This document shows, one piece after another, positions 1 through 10,754 of a DNA stretch of 64,000 nt. The position numbers and the translations under genes were made by a program. The first letter of the stretch is position 1, and each line of letters starts with the position of its first letter. The notes beneath the pieces were generated by a model. That model saw nothing but the letters and a program-made list of their open reading frames with translations, was not told the origin of the DNA and made no database searches. The DNA comes from an uncultured Planctomycetaceae bacterium (GTDB lineage: Bacteria > Planctomycetota > Planctomycetia > Planctomycetales > Planctomycetaceae), in the NCBI GenBank assembly GCA_963815195.1, contig CAWFGE010000013.1, positions 736,001 to 800,000 of the forward strand, given 5' to 3'.

Positions 1-1495
1 TTGCAAGAGCCGATCTTTCATGGCTTGTTCGATGTCTTGATATTTCGGATCGCCGTGGAGGTTTCGCTGTTCGCGGGGATCGGTTTCCAGGTCGTATAAC
101 TCGGCGAAGCCTTCGGGGTAATAGTTGTATTTCCAGCGGCGGGTGCGGACCATCTTCGCATCGGGATGCCGGACGCCTTTGATGCCTGCCCCCTTTTCAA
201 AATAAAAATCCAACGACCCGCCGGTGATGACCTCCGGGATGACGTTTTCGCTGAACACCGCCTCGCGGGGAATATATTTCCGATCGCTCGGAGCGATCAA
301 CGGTGCCAAACTTCGGCCCTGATTTTCATAGGGTTCTTCTAGTCCCGCGAGTTCGAACAGCGTCGGGAGCACATCCACGGCTTCGACCAGATCGTCGTAT
401 TGCCTCGGCTTCACGCGGCGGGGATAGCGAATCATCAACGGCACGCGGACCGAAGCCTCGAAGAAACAATTCTTCCCCATCAGCCCGTGCTCCAAAAGCT
501 GGTCGCCGTGATCGGAGCCGAACACCACGATGGTGTTCTCCGCCCGGCCGGTTTGTTTGAGCGCATCGAGGATCAAACCGATCTCGCGGTCCACGTGGCT
601 GATGGCTCCGTAATAGCTGCGGTAAATCCATAGCAAACGGTCGCGGTCCATGTCGTAGGCCGGGTTGCCGCGGAGGATCAGTTTCTGAAGTGGCAGAGGC
701 AGTTGTTTGATGCCCGCGAGCGTTTGCGGCTGGGGCAACGGAATCGCAGCCTCGTTATACATCCGATCGAACGGCACGGCACGTCTCAAACGGGGAATGC
801 GGCTTCCAGAAGGAACTGTAAAGAAAGAACGGCTTGTCCGATTCGGCGAGCAGCTTGAGATAATGCCGCGTCCGGAGCCCAACCCACGTGGTTTCCGAGA
901 ACTCGTCGGCGATCCGCGCGCGAAACGGGTTCTCGCCCGGCGGAACGTTCTTCTCCAATGCTCGATAGTAGAACTCGTCGGCGTGGGGATCGTGCTCCTT
1001 TCGCCAGCGGGCGTACTCGGAAAACCGATCCAGATTGGACACCCCATCGTGCAATTCCACGAAGTCGAAACCCGTCCGCTTCGCTTCCTCGGGCGTGGGC
1101 GGCCAATAGTGGAGCTTGCCGACGGACGCCGTACTATAGCCCGCTTTCTTCAATCGGGCTTGGATCAGGATTTCGCTGCGGGAGAGGGGCGTGTAGTTCA
1201 CGCGGTTTTTGTGCGAGTGCGGATAGCGCCCGGTGAAAAAACTGACCCGAGAGGGCACGCACACGGGGGCTTGCACGAACATGTGCGTAAAGTTCGCCCC
1301 CTCCGCCGCGAGCCGATCGAGATGGGGCGTTCGGATCAGCGGGTTTCCATTCGCCCCCACACAGTCCCAGCGTTGCTGGTCCGTCATCAGAAACAGAATA
1401 TTGGGTCGGCGTTGTCCTTGCGGGATCGGTTCGGCCGCAGACATTGCGGCCGGCAATAACAGAGAAACGAAGAATGCCAGTCGATGAAGGCTCAT
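1..1495 (-). CDS. Sulfatase (choline/arylsulfatase-like), signal peptide; frameshift near 780; C-terminus runs off the window
   Basis: RPNILFLMTDQQRWD, formylglycine motif CVPSRVSFFTGRY, GKLH, KPHSPF. Reading continues in another frame: PFDRMY...YYGAISHVDREIG...NTIVVFGSDHGDQLLEHG...ELYDLETDPRE. Confidence 0.9.
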
Positions 1496-1626
1496 TTCAA
1501 AAGTTTTCGCAAGCGGAGTGGTTCGGGTAGGATGGCATTGGCTCGCGGCATGCGTTAAAACGATTTTTGGCGCGAGAAACACCATTTGCATCACCAACTG
1601 TGCGGCTTTTAGCGAGAGTTTGCAGC

Positions 1627-2277
1627 ATGACAGACAAGGCAGAGAATCTCAAGCGCGTTTTGGACCGGGGGATTGTGGGAATCATCCGCGCTCCGTCCGG
1701 CGAATTGCTCGCGGATGTGGCGGAGGCGCTTTACGAAGGCGGGATCGACATTATCGAAGTCACCTTTACGGTGCCGGGGATTCTGGAGATCCTCGCCCAG
1801 GTGCAAAAGCGGCTGGGCGGCAAGATCTTGATGGGAGCCGGCTCGGTGCTCGACACCGAAACCGCGCGGGCGGCGATTTTGGCGGGAGCGGAATACATCG
1901 TGTCCCCGACGGTGAAGGTCGATGTCATCAAGATCTGCCAGCGGTACGGCAAGCTGGCGATGCCCGGGGCCTTGACGCCCACCGAAGTCCTCACCGCCTG
2001 GGAAGCCGGGGCGGACATCGTCAAAGTCTTCCCCGCCGACGTGGGCGGCCCTTCGTACCTCAAAGCGCTGCATGGCCCTTTGCCCCAGGTGCGGTTGATG
2101 CCCACCGGGGGCGTGAACCTGGACACGCTGGAGAGCTTCGTCCAAGCCGGTGCCTGCGCGGTGGGCCTGGGCAGTTCGCTCGTGGAAAAAGACGCCGTCG
2201 CCGCGGGAAACCTCGCCCACATCCGCGACCTGGCCGGGCAATATGTGGAGTTGATGAAAAAAGCCCGCTCAAAATGA
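1627..2277 (+). CDS. eda: KDPG/KHG aldolase
   Basis: GGIDIIEVTF, GAGSVLD, GAEYIVSP, PGALTPTE, VKVFPA, LMPTGGV motifs. Confidence 0.93.
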   Translation: MTDKAENLKRVLDRGIVGIIRAPSGELLADVAEALYEGGIDIIEVTFTVPGILEILAQVQKRLGGKILMGAGSVLDTETARAAILAGAEYIVSPTVKVDVIKICQRYGKLAMPGALTPTEVLTAWEAGADIVKVFPADVGGPSYLKALHGPLPQVRLMPTGGVNLDTLESFVQAGACAVGLGSSLVEKDAVAAGNLAHIRDLAGQYVELMKKARSK

Positions 2278-2362
2278 CGGCCCAAAAGCCCGTTTTGCAG
2301 AGTCCTCCCAAACCCCTTGGTCCGCACGGCGGACCCTATCTCGACGAGAGGGCTTCCCAACC

Positions 2363-2998
2363 ATGTCCCAACACGTTTACACCCGTCTGGGCGGGTTTCG
2401 ATTGACGGTGATTCCGCGGGCACCGTTTCGGATCGAGCGGACCGAAAGCGTCCATGATGCGGTCGATGTGAGTTATCATTCGCCCCGGGGCCGGCTGTTT
2501 GCGCGGTTGATTCCCCACGAGGGCGGCTACAAGAGCCAGATCGATCAACACACGGCGTCGCTTTATGACGTTTTGGACGTCGAGCCCGGGCCGGACCTTG
2601 ACGACTGGCGGCTGAAAACGTCGGTGTTTACCTGCGCCTGGCCGCGGGGCTATGTGCTGGGCTCGAACAACTTCCCGCACGATCCCAGCCCGTTCGATCT
2701 CGTTGGCAAGAACCACGAGATGATCTCGATTCAGCAGCCGCGAAACATGCCAGCGCTCGAAGCCATGTGCGGTCCGAATCAGACGATCGAGCACATCGAA
2801 AAATCCGCCGAGGGCGAATGGATCGACGTCGAGTATTCCCACAACGGCGACGAGTGGATGCAGCGGCACCAAATTGTCGCGGCGGAGGATCTCCGGTTCG
2901 TGGTGAGCCTGCAAGCCCCGAGGCCGCATTTCTCGATGGCCGCGATTGCCGCCCTGCAGGTGGCCCAGAGCATCACGCCCTATGAGGAGGGCGAATAA
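2363..2998 (+). CDS. Hypothetical protein (211 aa)
   Basis: ATG-started ORF with coding-like composition filling the gap between eda and the sialidase; no motif recognised. Confidence 0.7.
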   Translation: MSQHVYTRLGGFRLTVIPRAPFRIERTESVHDAVDVSYHSPRGRLFARLIPHEGGYKSQIDQHTASLYDVLDVEPGPDLDDWRLKTSVFTCAWPRGYVLGSNNFPHDPSPFDLVGKNHEMISIQQPRNMPALEAMCGPNQTIEHIEKSAEGEWIDVEYSHNGDEWMQRHQIVAAEDLRFVVSLQAPRPHFSMAAIAALQVAQSITPYEEGE

Positions 2999-3035
2999 GC
3001 GGTGCGGACCGTTGTCTCAATGTGTTTCACAATCT

Positions 3036-4205
3036 CTATTGGCCCCGGTCGTAGAGCCAATCGAGCGGGAAGCGGGTGATCTGGGTGGTGTTGAGCCCGC
3101 CCTTGCGGCGGTCGCCGGCGCAGTGGCCCAAGAGCACGTGATCGCCCACGAAGGTCATCGCGGTGTAGCAGTACCAGCCGTTGGGGTCGTCTTCGAGGGT
3201 CTTGATCTTCTCCCACGTTTTGCCTTCATCGCGGGAGACGGCGACGTGGAAGGGCGTCCGCTTGCCTTTGTATTGGGGCTGGACATGGTCGTGGTTGTTC
3301 CAAACCAGTAAGAGATCGCCGGTTTTCGGGATCCGCTCGATCGTCGCGGGCGACAGCGGCGAGCGGATATTCGACGGCTCGAATGGCGACCAGGTATCGC
3401 CTTGGTCCTTGGAGAACGAAACATATTGGCTGCCATGCGGAGTCCGGCAGAACATCATCAACCGGCCGTCTTTCAGTTCGACGACGCCGGGTTCCTGGAG
3501 CGTGATGTTCTCGCCCTTTTGCCGGGAGCGGCTTTGCCGCCAGGTCTTGCCGTTGTCGTCGGACAGAGAACAGCCAATCACGCCCCGGCCGTCGAACTTG
3601 TTTTGCTTCGGCGTATTATGGAGCGCGACGGGCAACAGCAGCCGGCCGTTTTGGAGCTGCACCGCGCGGTCGTTGTTGAGGACGTTGTAGCCCACCTCCT
3701 CGATGCACACGGCGGGTTCGCTCCAGGTTCGGCCTTCATCGCGGGAAATCCGCATCAAGGGCCGGCAGTCGGTGAGCGAGTTCTTGCGGAGATAAAACAA
3801 GGCGATGTCGCCGTTTTGCAGCCTGAGGAGCGAAACGGACATTACATTGAAATCGCCTTCGCGCTCGACGACGACGGTGTCTTTCTCGGACCAGGTTTTG
3901 CCGCCGTCGTCGGAAAAGCGGGCCGCGAGATGCGCCGCCGCGTGATCGCTGCCGCCGCCGGTGAAGTGGCTGTAGATGAACAGGATCCGCCCGTCTTTGA
4001 GTGGAATGAAATCGCCTTCGCTGTTGCGGGGGTTGCCCGGTCCCGGGGGCAGGAGGCGGTTCTTTTGGACGCCCGCGACCTCTTTCACGCGATAAGGCGG
4101 CTCCTCTGCGGCCGCGTGTCCGGCCGCGAAAGTGCACAGGCTCAAAACCACGATCGCGCGGAAGCACCGCGATGGCCGAAGGGAACGGAACGGACCTGTC
4201 ATCAT
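3036..4205 (-). CDS. Secreted sialidase-family / BNR (Asp-box) glycoside hydrolase
   Basis: Signal peptide; repeated Asp-boxes SDDGGKTW, SRDEGRTW, SDDNGKTW, SKDQGDTW, SRDEGKTW. Confidence 0.88.
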   Translation of the reverse strand: MMTGPFRSLRPSRCFRAIVVLSLCTFAAGHAAAEEPPYRVKEVAGVQKNRLLPPGPGNPRNSEGDFIPLKDGRILFIYSHFTGGGSDHAAAHLAARFSDDGGKTWSEKDTVVVEREGDFNVMSVSLLRLQNGDIALFYLRKNSLTDCRPLMRISRDEGRTWSEPAVCIEEVGYNVLNNDRAVQLQNGRLLLPVALHNTPKQNKFDGRGVIGCSLSDDNGKTWRQSRSRQKGENITLQEPGVVELKDGRLMMFCRTPHGSQYVSFSKDQGDTWSPFEPSNIRSPLSPATIERIPKTGDLLLVWNNHDHVQPQYKGKRTPFHVAVSRDEGKTWEKIKTLEDDPNGWYCYTAMTFVGDHVLLGHCAGDRRKGGLNTTQITRFPLDWLYDRGQ

Positions 4206-4266
4206 GCGGCCTCCCGGACGGTCAAAAAAATTGCCAATGTTCGATAGGGAACCTTGGCCCGCCGAG

Positions 4267-5718
4267 CTAATCGGCGAGGCCGCGGAGGTCGCGTTTGAAT
4301 TCCCGTTCGATCTCCGGGATGCGGTCCGTGTGCTTGTCCCAGAGCGATTTCATGGGGTACTTCTCGGGGATCGGCAGGTCGTTGAGGATGTAGGCCTGGT
4401 GCAGATAATAAATCGCCAGCATGGCTTCCTCGATGAGGTTGTCGTCCTGCGTCAAATCGTCCGCCGCCTCGGTTTTTTCCTTTTGGAATTCCTGGAATTT
4501 CTTTTCGAAAAGCTCCAGACCCTCTTGCAGTTTTTTCACCGAGTCGGGCGGGTCGCTGTTCGGGCTCCAGAACTGATCGCCCCGCTTGAACTCCTGGCGC
4601 CCCTCATACATAAGCCGGTGGGCGTTGACCATCGCGGCGTCTTTTTCGATCCGGCCGCGGGCGAGCCAGTAGCGGTAGTTGGTCACGTTTTGGTTTTCGA
4701 CGATCAACTTCGCTTTATCCTCCCTGGTCGCGTGGAAGCCCGCTTCTTTGTCTTCCTTGAGCATCGTGTCGATGTCGCCTTTCGCGGGGTTCAGCCAATA
4801 GATGCCTTTCCCGTCGTACTTGCTGATGAAGCGTTCCTTGCCATATTTGTTGGCCCATTCGTCGTAGGCCCGGTCCCAGGCTTCGCGCGAGCGTTCGCCG
4901 AAGGTGCCTTCGCGGTGGAGGGCGTCGGCCATGTCGAACAGGCACCGCTCGGGATAATGCCGGAACAGTTCCCGCATCATCTGGTGCTGGCCTTTGCCTT
5001 TTTCTTTCTCGACCTCGGCTTCGACTTTGTTGGCCCGGGTGTACCAGGTGCGGGCGACTTCGTAGTTGTCCTGCCCTTCGGGGTTGAGGGCGGGATCGGG
5101 CTTGCCGTCGTATTTGGGATCGGGATCGCTGAGGAAGTATTTGCGGAAGAACCGCCACTCGTCCGACCGGCCGATCTTGTGCCCCGTGCACCGGCCCACG
5201 TCCCAGGGGAGTTCGGCGTAGTTCTGGTTCTGATCGGCGCCGCGCATCGTGAACTTCGTGCCTTCCTTGACCCAGAAATACCGGTCCTTCACATCGTCCC
5301 ATTGGGCCGAGACGTTAAATGCCAAATCCCATCCGTGGTATCGCCACACGTGCAGAAAGTGTGGCTGCAGGGTGATGATCGAATCCGCCGTCGCCCGCAT
5401 CCGGCCCCAATTCTTGGTCCGCTTGAGTTCTTCGTGGCTCATCCAGAGCACGTCGGCGGCGATGCCCCGCTGCCCCAGGAGAACCAGGTTCATCGTGGCG
5501 CTTGACGGATCGACGTTGCCCAGCGTGCTTTCGCCCAGATCGTAATCAACGCGCATCGTGGGCAGGATGCCTCCCGTTTCCGTGTCGGTCGCCGGCGCGC
5601 CCAGCTTGATGGACGCCCACAAGAGCAGCACGATGCCGCCCAGGTAAATCAGCTTCCGCTGCCCCGAAGTCAGCCGGTCCATCGGGCGGGAGAGGTTTCG
5701 CGTGGTTTGGGCCTGCAT
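4267..5718 (-). CDS. Conserved planctomycete membrane-anchored protein (family often labelled IRE), co-oriented with the ABC transporter genes
   Basis: Start at MQAQTTR 2 bp after the permease stop; one N-terminal TM; LGESTLGNVDPSSATMNLVLLG and LQPHFLHVWRYHGWDLAFNVS blocks. Confidence 0.75.
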   Translation of the reverse strand: MQAQTTRNLSRPMDRLTSGQRKLIYLGGIVLLLWASIKLGAPATDTETGGILPTMRVDYDLGESTLGNVDPSSATMNLVLLGQRGIAADVLWMSHEELKRTKNWGRMRATADSIITLQPHFLHVWRYHGWDLAFNVSAQWDDVKDRYFWVKEGTKFTMRGADQNQNYAELPWDVGRCTGHKIGRSDEWRFFRKYFLSDPDPKYDGKPDPALNPEGQDNYEVARTWYTRANKVEAEVEKEKGKGQHQMMRELFRHYPERCLFDMADALHREGTFGERSREAWDRAYDEWANKYGKERFISKYDGKGIYWLNPAKGDIDTMLKEDKEAGFHATREDKAKLIVENQNVTNYRYWLARGRIEKDAAMVNAHRLMYEGRQEFKRGDQFWSPNSDPPDSVKKLQEGLELFEKKFQEFQKEKTEAADDLTQDDNLIEEAMLAIYYLHQAYILNDLPIPEKYPMKSLWDKHTDRIPEIEREFKRDLRGLAD

Positions 5719-5720
5719 GT

Positions 5721-7751
5721 TTATTTCGCCTCCAGCTCGCGCAGTCGTAGACTGAAATAGCCGATGAATATACAAGGAAGAAGATAAGCCAGCGTCATCG
5801 CAATCGCGGGCAGGAGCCCGGCGTCAAACGGCACGTCGAACCCGTTCGCCACATAGGGGCCGAGCGAATACACGTTGAAGTTGGGGACGGTCTGATACAC
5901 CGTCCACATCCCGGCGAGAATGACTTTGTCGGTCGCCTTCATCACATAAACGGGCCGCGAATCTTCCAACTGCACGGTCGGGTTTTTGTGCTCGACGATC
6001 CGCACCATCGACTCGATGGCTCCGTAGCCCTTTCCGCCCAGGTCGGTCACCAGCTTCTGGAGGAAGGGATGAAAGGACAAGCCTACGAGAATCAGCGTGA
6101 AGGTGAGCAGCGTCGCCACGGGGCCTTTGACGAAGGTGCTCGCCGTCACCCCCAGCACCACGACCAGAACCAGCATCATCCAGATCCCGCCCACGGCCTT
6201 GGAATAGCCCGAATAAAACTTGCGGTCCGGCGTGCGGATGAATAGGTCCGGCCGGGCCATGCCGACGTATTGACCGGGGTCGAGGCAAAACACCGCCACC
6301 CGCAGTTCGCCGCCGTGGGTCAGATCGTCAAACAGATCCAAATTCTCTTTTTGACTCGCCTCGCTGCCTTCCGACCGATTCTCGAGCGTGCGGGGCACAT
6401 CGTAGATGTTCACTTTGTACTCGCGGACCTCGAACGGCGAAGACTCCGATTGCAGGTTGACGATGTGCTTGGACAACGCGGCGCTGTGCTCCTGGAACAA
6501 CTGGCCCAACGCGTCGAACTGGGCGGCGAGCGCTTCTTTGTCGCGATCTCGGGCGGCTTGGGACGCGGCATTCGCCGCCGACACAAATTCGCCCGCCGAC
6601 TCGAAATCGTCCCCGTCGGCAAACGGCTCCATGATGTGAGCCAAGCGGCGAAACCGCAGCCGGAACGCGTCATACATCTCCTCTGAGGCCTTGATGCCGC
6701 CGGTTTTCAGTTTCAGGCCGTTGCCCTTGGCCCGCAGTTCGCGGCCGGCGTCGGCAAAGTTGCCCTGGGCGATTAAATCGCTGAGCTGCTGGAACTCGCT
6801 GTTTCCGGTAAACAGGTGGGCGATTTGCGTCCGCAGGTCCTTCAAAAACTTGAACTGCACCAATAGGCCCTGGCCCATCGTGCCTTTCCACGTGCGGAAG
6901 GCTTCGAAATGCGACTCCAACTGGAGGACCTTGCGGGTCTCCATCTTGCCGGTGATGGGATTTCGCTCCTCCACGGCCACGAGTTTGGCCGGCGTGACAT
7001 CGTCGAAGGTCCAGATCGCGCTGGCTTTGCTCGCCCCTTCGATATAGCTGCGGAATTCCCAGATGTCGCCCGTGTTCACGCCTTTGCCGGGATTGCCTTC
7101 CCGGTTGGTGAATTCGAGAGAGCCGTAAATCGGCACGCGGGAGACCAACTGCGATTGCGCCTCGGGGGGGACCTGGCGGATGATCCAGAAATATCCAATG
7201 AACCCCATCACGGCCAGAATCAATGTGCCGATCGCGGAAAAGCCCAGAATCCGGCCCATCACGACTTCGCTCCGCCGGGCCGGTTTCGTGACCACGGTGT
7301 GCAGCGACCGCTGCTTGATGTCCTGGGGCAAACCCCAACACGCCAAGAGCAACACGACCGGGATCGTCAGAAACGCCACGGTCTTGAGCACAAAGTTGAT
7401 GTGCACCGAGGCTTGCAGTTCGGGCCGCTCTCCCGAGGAGGTCATAAACCAGCTGCCGAACATGAACAGCAGCGCGAACACCACAAATACCAATAGGGCC
7501 TTGCGGCGGATGGACTCGCGGATCACCAGTTGCGTGATCGCCCACACCCGGCGGGGCGAGACCAAGACCAACTCCCCAAAGCCCCGCTTGAGGTGTCCCC
7601 ACATTTCTCGGGGCGCCCGGCGGAAGCCCACGGTGGCCACCGCCACGAAAAACGAAACAACCATCGCAACGGCCAGGAACAACCCCAGGACGATGCCCCA
7701 CCGGGCCAGTCCTCCAAGGATGTCGTACGGTGTCGGGTCAAAGCGAAGCAC
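5721..7751 (-). CDS. ABC-2 type exporter permease with large extracytoplasmic domain
   Basis: Several TM helices at both ends, DIKQRSLHTVVTKPARRSEVVMGR motif, adjacent to an ABC ATPase. Confidence 0.85.
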   Translation of the reverse strand: MLRFDPTPYDILGGLARWGIVLGLFLAVAMVVSFFVAVATVGFRRAPREMWGHLKRGFGELVLVSPRRVWAITQLVIRESIRRKALLVFVVFALLFMFGSWFMTSSGERPELQASVHINFVLKTVAFLTIPVVLLLACWGLPQDIKQRSLHTVVTKPARRSEVVMGRILGFSAIGTLILAVMGFIGYFWIIRQVPPEAQSQLVSRVPIYGSLEFTNREGNPGKGVNTGDIWEFRSYIEGASKASAIWTFDDVTPAKLVAVEERNPITGKMETRKVLQLESHFEAFRTWKGTMGQGLLVQFKFLKDLRTQIAHLFTGNSEFQQLSDLIAQGNFADAGRELRAKGNGLKLKTGGIKASEEMYDAFRLRFRRLAHIMEPFADGDDFESAGEFVSAANAASQAARDRDKEALAAQFDALGQLFQEHSAALSKHIVNLQSESSPFEVREYKVNIYDVPRTLENRSEGSEASQKENLDLFDDLTHGGELRVAVFCLDPGQYVGMARPDLFIRTPDRKFYSGYSKAVGGIWMMLVLVVVLGVTASTFVKGPVATLLTFTLILVGLSFHPFLQKLVTDLGGKGYGAIESMVRIVEHKNPTVQLEDSRPVYVMKATDKVILAGMWTVYQTVPNFNVYSLGPYVANGFDVPFDAGLLPAIAMTLAYLLPCIFIGYFSLRLRELEAK

Positions 7752-7823
7752 GGATCAAACCACCTGCTTGTGATAAACGATGAAATGCGAATGAATGCGA
7801 GATATTTTTGTAATCAATTGGAA

Positions 7824-8751
7824 TCAGGAGCCCGCCGCGTGCCCGTTGCCCTTGGTCGCGGCTTTTTCTTCGCTGGGGACAAACCGCCGGCCGGGCCGTT
7901 CCTGGCTTTCGCGGACGGTGCTCAGGAACAAATCTTCCAGGCTCGTCGTGGGATGATCCACATTGAGCAGTTTCGCCCCGTGCTTTTCCAGGACCCCCTT
8001 GACTTCTTCAATGACCTCGTCGCTCAACTGGCTGGTCACCAACTGCGTTTCGCCTTGGGATTTCAGCAGAATCCTCGAACTTGCCCAGCACCTTGAGCTC
8101 GCCCGCGTACAAAATCGCGATGCGGTCGCAGACATCCTGCACGTCCGGCAGAAGGTGGCTGCAAATCACCACGGTCTTGCCTTCTTCCCGCAGCTTGAGG
8201 ATCAGGTCCTTCATCTCTTTCCGGCCGATGGGATCGAGGCCGCTCGTCGGTTCGTCGAGCAGCACCAGATCGGGATCGTTCACCAAAGCCTGGGCCAACC
8301 CGATCCGGCGGGTCATCCCCTTGGAGTATTCCTTGAGCTGCCGCCGGCGAGCCCCTTCCAGGCCGACCAGTTTGATCAACTCCCGCGAGCGTTCGCGGCG
8401 GAGCGACTTGGGCATATTGAACAAACGCCCATAGAAATCCAGCGTTTCCTCGGCGTTCAAAAAGCGGTACAGGTAGGATTCTTCCGGGAGGTAGCCGATG
8501 TGCTCGTTCTTGGCGACGTTCGTGGCCGGCTGGCCGAGGACGCTGATTTCCCCCTCGGTGGGGAACAACAGGCCGAGCAGCAGTTTCATCGTGGTGGTTT
8601 TGCCGGAACCGTTCGGGCCGAGCAGTCCGAAGACCTCGCCTTTGTTGACGGACAAAGTCAGCGAGTTGACGGCCCGGACCTTTCGCCGGCCCCAGAAATC
8701 CCGGTAATCTTTCGTCAGATTCCGGATCTGAATGACAGGTTCCGCTTGCAT
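7824..8751 (-). CDS. ABC transporter ATP-binding protein (frameshift near 8070)
   Basis: Walker [10 protein letters not shown], signature YSKGM, Walker [12 protein letters not shown]-terminus ([12 protein letters not shown]...LEDLFLS) lies in the 7824..8135 frame. Confidence 0.92.
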
Positions 8752-9082
8752 GGATGACCTTTGGAGGAAATGAGAACGCGAAAATTAGGAACGAAAGATA
8801 ATGATAATCAGGTCGCCGGGATTTCTGGACGATGCGATCGCGGCGGGAAAGGAACCAAGGAAAAAACGCAATCGCAATAGGGGCGCCCGGATTTACGTCG
8901 GAAATGGGTCATGTGTTGGAAAGAAGTTGGGTAGGCGGGGAAATCTATCAGAAAACCACGATCCTCCCGCTGCGTGAATTGGTCAGGCACCCCATACGGA
9001 GTTTCCTCGCGGAGACTGCCCTTATTTCAATCTAAACACCTTCCCTACCCATTTCAAGCGCCCCTCGCGGGGATTAGAAGAA

Positions 9083-9330
9083 CATTCCAAAGAGCCGCGC
9101 CCATTCCGAAGAGCCGCGCCCGTTCCGAAAGAGCCGCGCCCATTCCGAAGAGCCGCGCCCATTCCAAAGAGCCGCGCACGAAGTAAGCGGATTTCTGGAA
9201 CGAAAGTTTTCTGAAACCGCTTACTTCGTGCGCGGCTCTCGTTCTTCGTTTCTGAAACCGCTTACTTCGTGCGCGGCTCTCGTTCTTCGTTTCTGAAACC
9301 GCTTACTTCGTGCGCGGCTCTCGTTCTTCG
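9083..9330. repeat. Compound tandem/inverted REP-like array: 5 units of 19-20 bp, then 3 units of 41 bp
   Basis: CATTCC(A/G)AAGAGCCGCGCC-type units at 9083-9178; 41-bp unit TTTCTGAAACCGCTTACTTCGTGCGCGGCTCTCGTTCTTCG at 9208, 9249, 9290, whose core is the reverse complement of AGAGCCGCGCACGAAGTAAGCGG (9168-9190). Confidence 0.95.
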
Positions 9331-9343
9331 TCGTTGCGCCTCG

Positions 9344-10240
9344 TCAAAACCTGGCCTGCCGTTGGGCGAGGTATTCCACGAGGGCTTTGTCGAAAGGCAG
9401 ACTGGTGTCCAAGGCGACGTAATCCGCCCCGACGGAAAAACACTCCTTCTTGTAACGGTCGCGAAGCTCGTTCACGGCTTCCAGGTAATCCACCCGCATG
9501 CCCTCCGCATCGAGCACCAGCGACTCGCCCGTCTCCGGATCCTTCAAATCGACCATCCCCTGAAACGGAAAATCCACCTCCGCCTCGTCCAAGATGTGAA
9601 ACACGATCACATCGTGCCCGGCGTGCCTGAGCAAATGCAGGCTTTCGATGACCGCGTCGGTGTCGGTGAGCAGATCCGAAAACAGCATCAAGAGGCTGCG
9701 GTGCTTGATCATCGCGGCGATGCGGCGGAGATTCTGGGCGACTTCGGTGCCTCCCGTCGGCCGGGCCCGGGACAAGACGGCCAAAATATTGCCGAGCTGC
9801 GTGCGTTTGCTCCGCGGCGGCAGGCTGGTTTGGATCGTCTCGCCGAAGGTCAACAGACCGATTGGATCCTGCTGATGGATCATCAAATACCCCAAGGCCG
9901 CGGCGAGGCAGACCGCGTAGTCGAACTTCGTCAGCTCCTGGCGGTAGGTGTAGCCCATGCTCTCGGAGAGATCGAGCAGGAGATACCCCGTGATGTTGGT
10001 TTCCGCCTGGTATTTTTTGATGTAATAGCGGTCCGTCTTCGCATAGACGAGCCAATCGATGTCCTTGATGTCATCGCCCTGGGAATACCGGCGGTGCTCG
10101 CTGAACTCCACGCTAAAACCCTGAAACGGACTGGCATGCAGCCCCGACAGAAAGCCCTCCACGATAAACCGGGCCCGCAAATCCAGCCGGGATACGGTGT
10201 GAATGACTTCGGGTTTGAGATATTGTTCCGCACTGGGCAT
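9344..10240 (-). CDS. DUF58 family protein (MoxR-associated, vWA-like)
   Basis: GLHASPFQGFSVEFSEHRRYSQGDDIKDIDW, LLLDLSESM, LFSDLL. Confidence 0.92.
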   Translation of the reverse strand: MPSAEQYLKPEVIHTVSRLDLRARFIVEGFLSGLHASPFQGFSVEFSEHRRYSQGDDIKDIDWLVYAKTDRYYIKKYQAETNITGYLLLDLSESMGYTYRQELTKFDYAVCLAAALGYLMIHQQDPIGLLTFGETIQTSLPPRSKRTQLGNILAVLSRARPTGGTEVAQNLRRIAAMIKHRSLLMLFSDLLTDTDAVIESLHLLRHAGHDVIVFHILDEAEVDFPFQGMVDLKDPETGESLVLDAEGMRVDYLEAVNELRDRYKKECFSVGADYVALDTSLPFDKALVEYLAQRQARF

Positions 10241-10306
10241 GATGGGGCTTCTTGGTAGCTGAGGCTTCCGGCTGCCGTGGATATTCGCGTCTTTTCACCC
10301 ACAATG

Positions 10307-10368
10307 AGCCCGAAACGCGAGCGAGGGGCATTGGAGCAGATTTCAATCCCTCCCTTGCGATTCGGGCT
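10307..10368. repeat. REP-like imperfect inverted repeat
   Basis: AGCCCGAAACGCGAGCGAGGG ... CCCTCCCTTGCGATTCGGGCT. Confidence 0.7.
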
Positions 10369-10754
10369 GGTGTTGGAATGGGTTCCGAGGGCCTTCTGCA
10401 TTTATAGCAGCCCGGTAACTCAATCGGCAATCCGGCGAACCCGAAAACGTATTTCCGAACGTCGATGCGAACACCTGCGGGGGCTGAAGGGCCAGTTGGC
10501 AAAAAACTGAAGAAGACGCCGGGTTTATTGTTGACACCCGCGCAGCAATCGGGCAGGATAAATTGATCTGCAATCTCTCACCCCACCCCTGCATCAAAAA
10601 CGGACGGATTTCGGTTTTTCAATTGCAACAACGGATTGCGAGTTCGAGCGTTTCCCCAGTCAAACACAAATCAATCACATAGATTCGACATCCCGCCAGA
10701 TATTCTTCGTTGAATGTTTCGATGAGCTAATCCCATCTCATTTGGTCCCGTGCC

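Noticed and set aside
9083..9330. Possible CRISPR array
   Set aside because: Units are contiguous with no unique spacers, and no cas genes are in the window
10400..10750. Structured ncRNA between DUF58 and coaE
   Set aside because: No recognisable RNA family motif; consistent with a divergent promoter region
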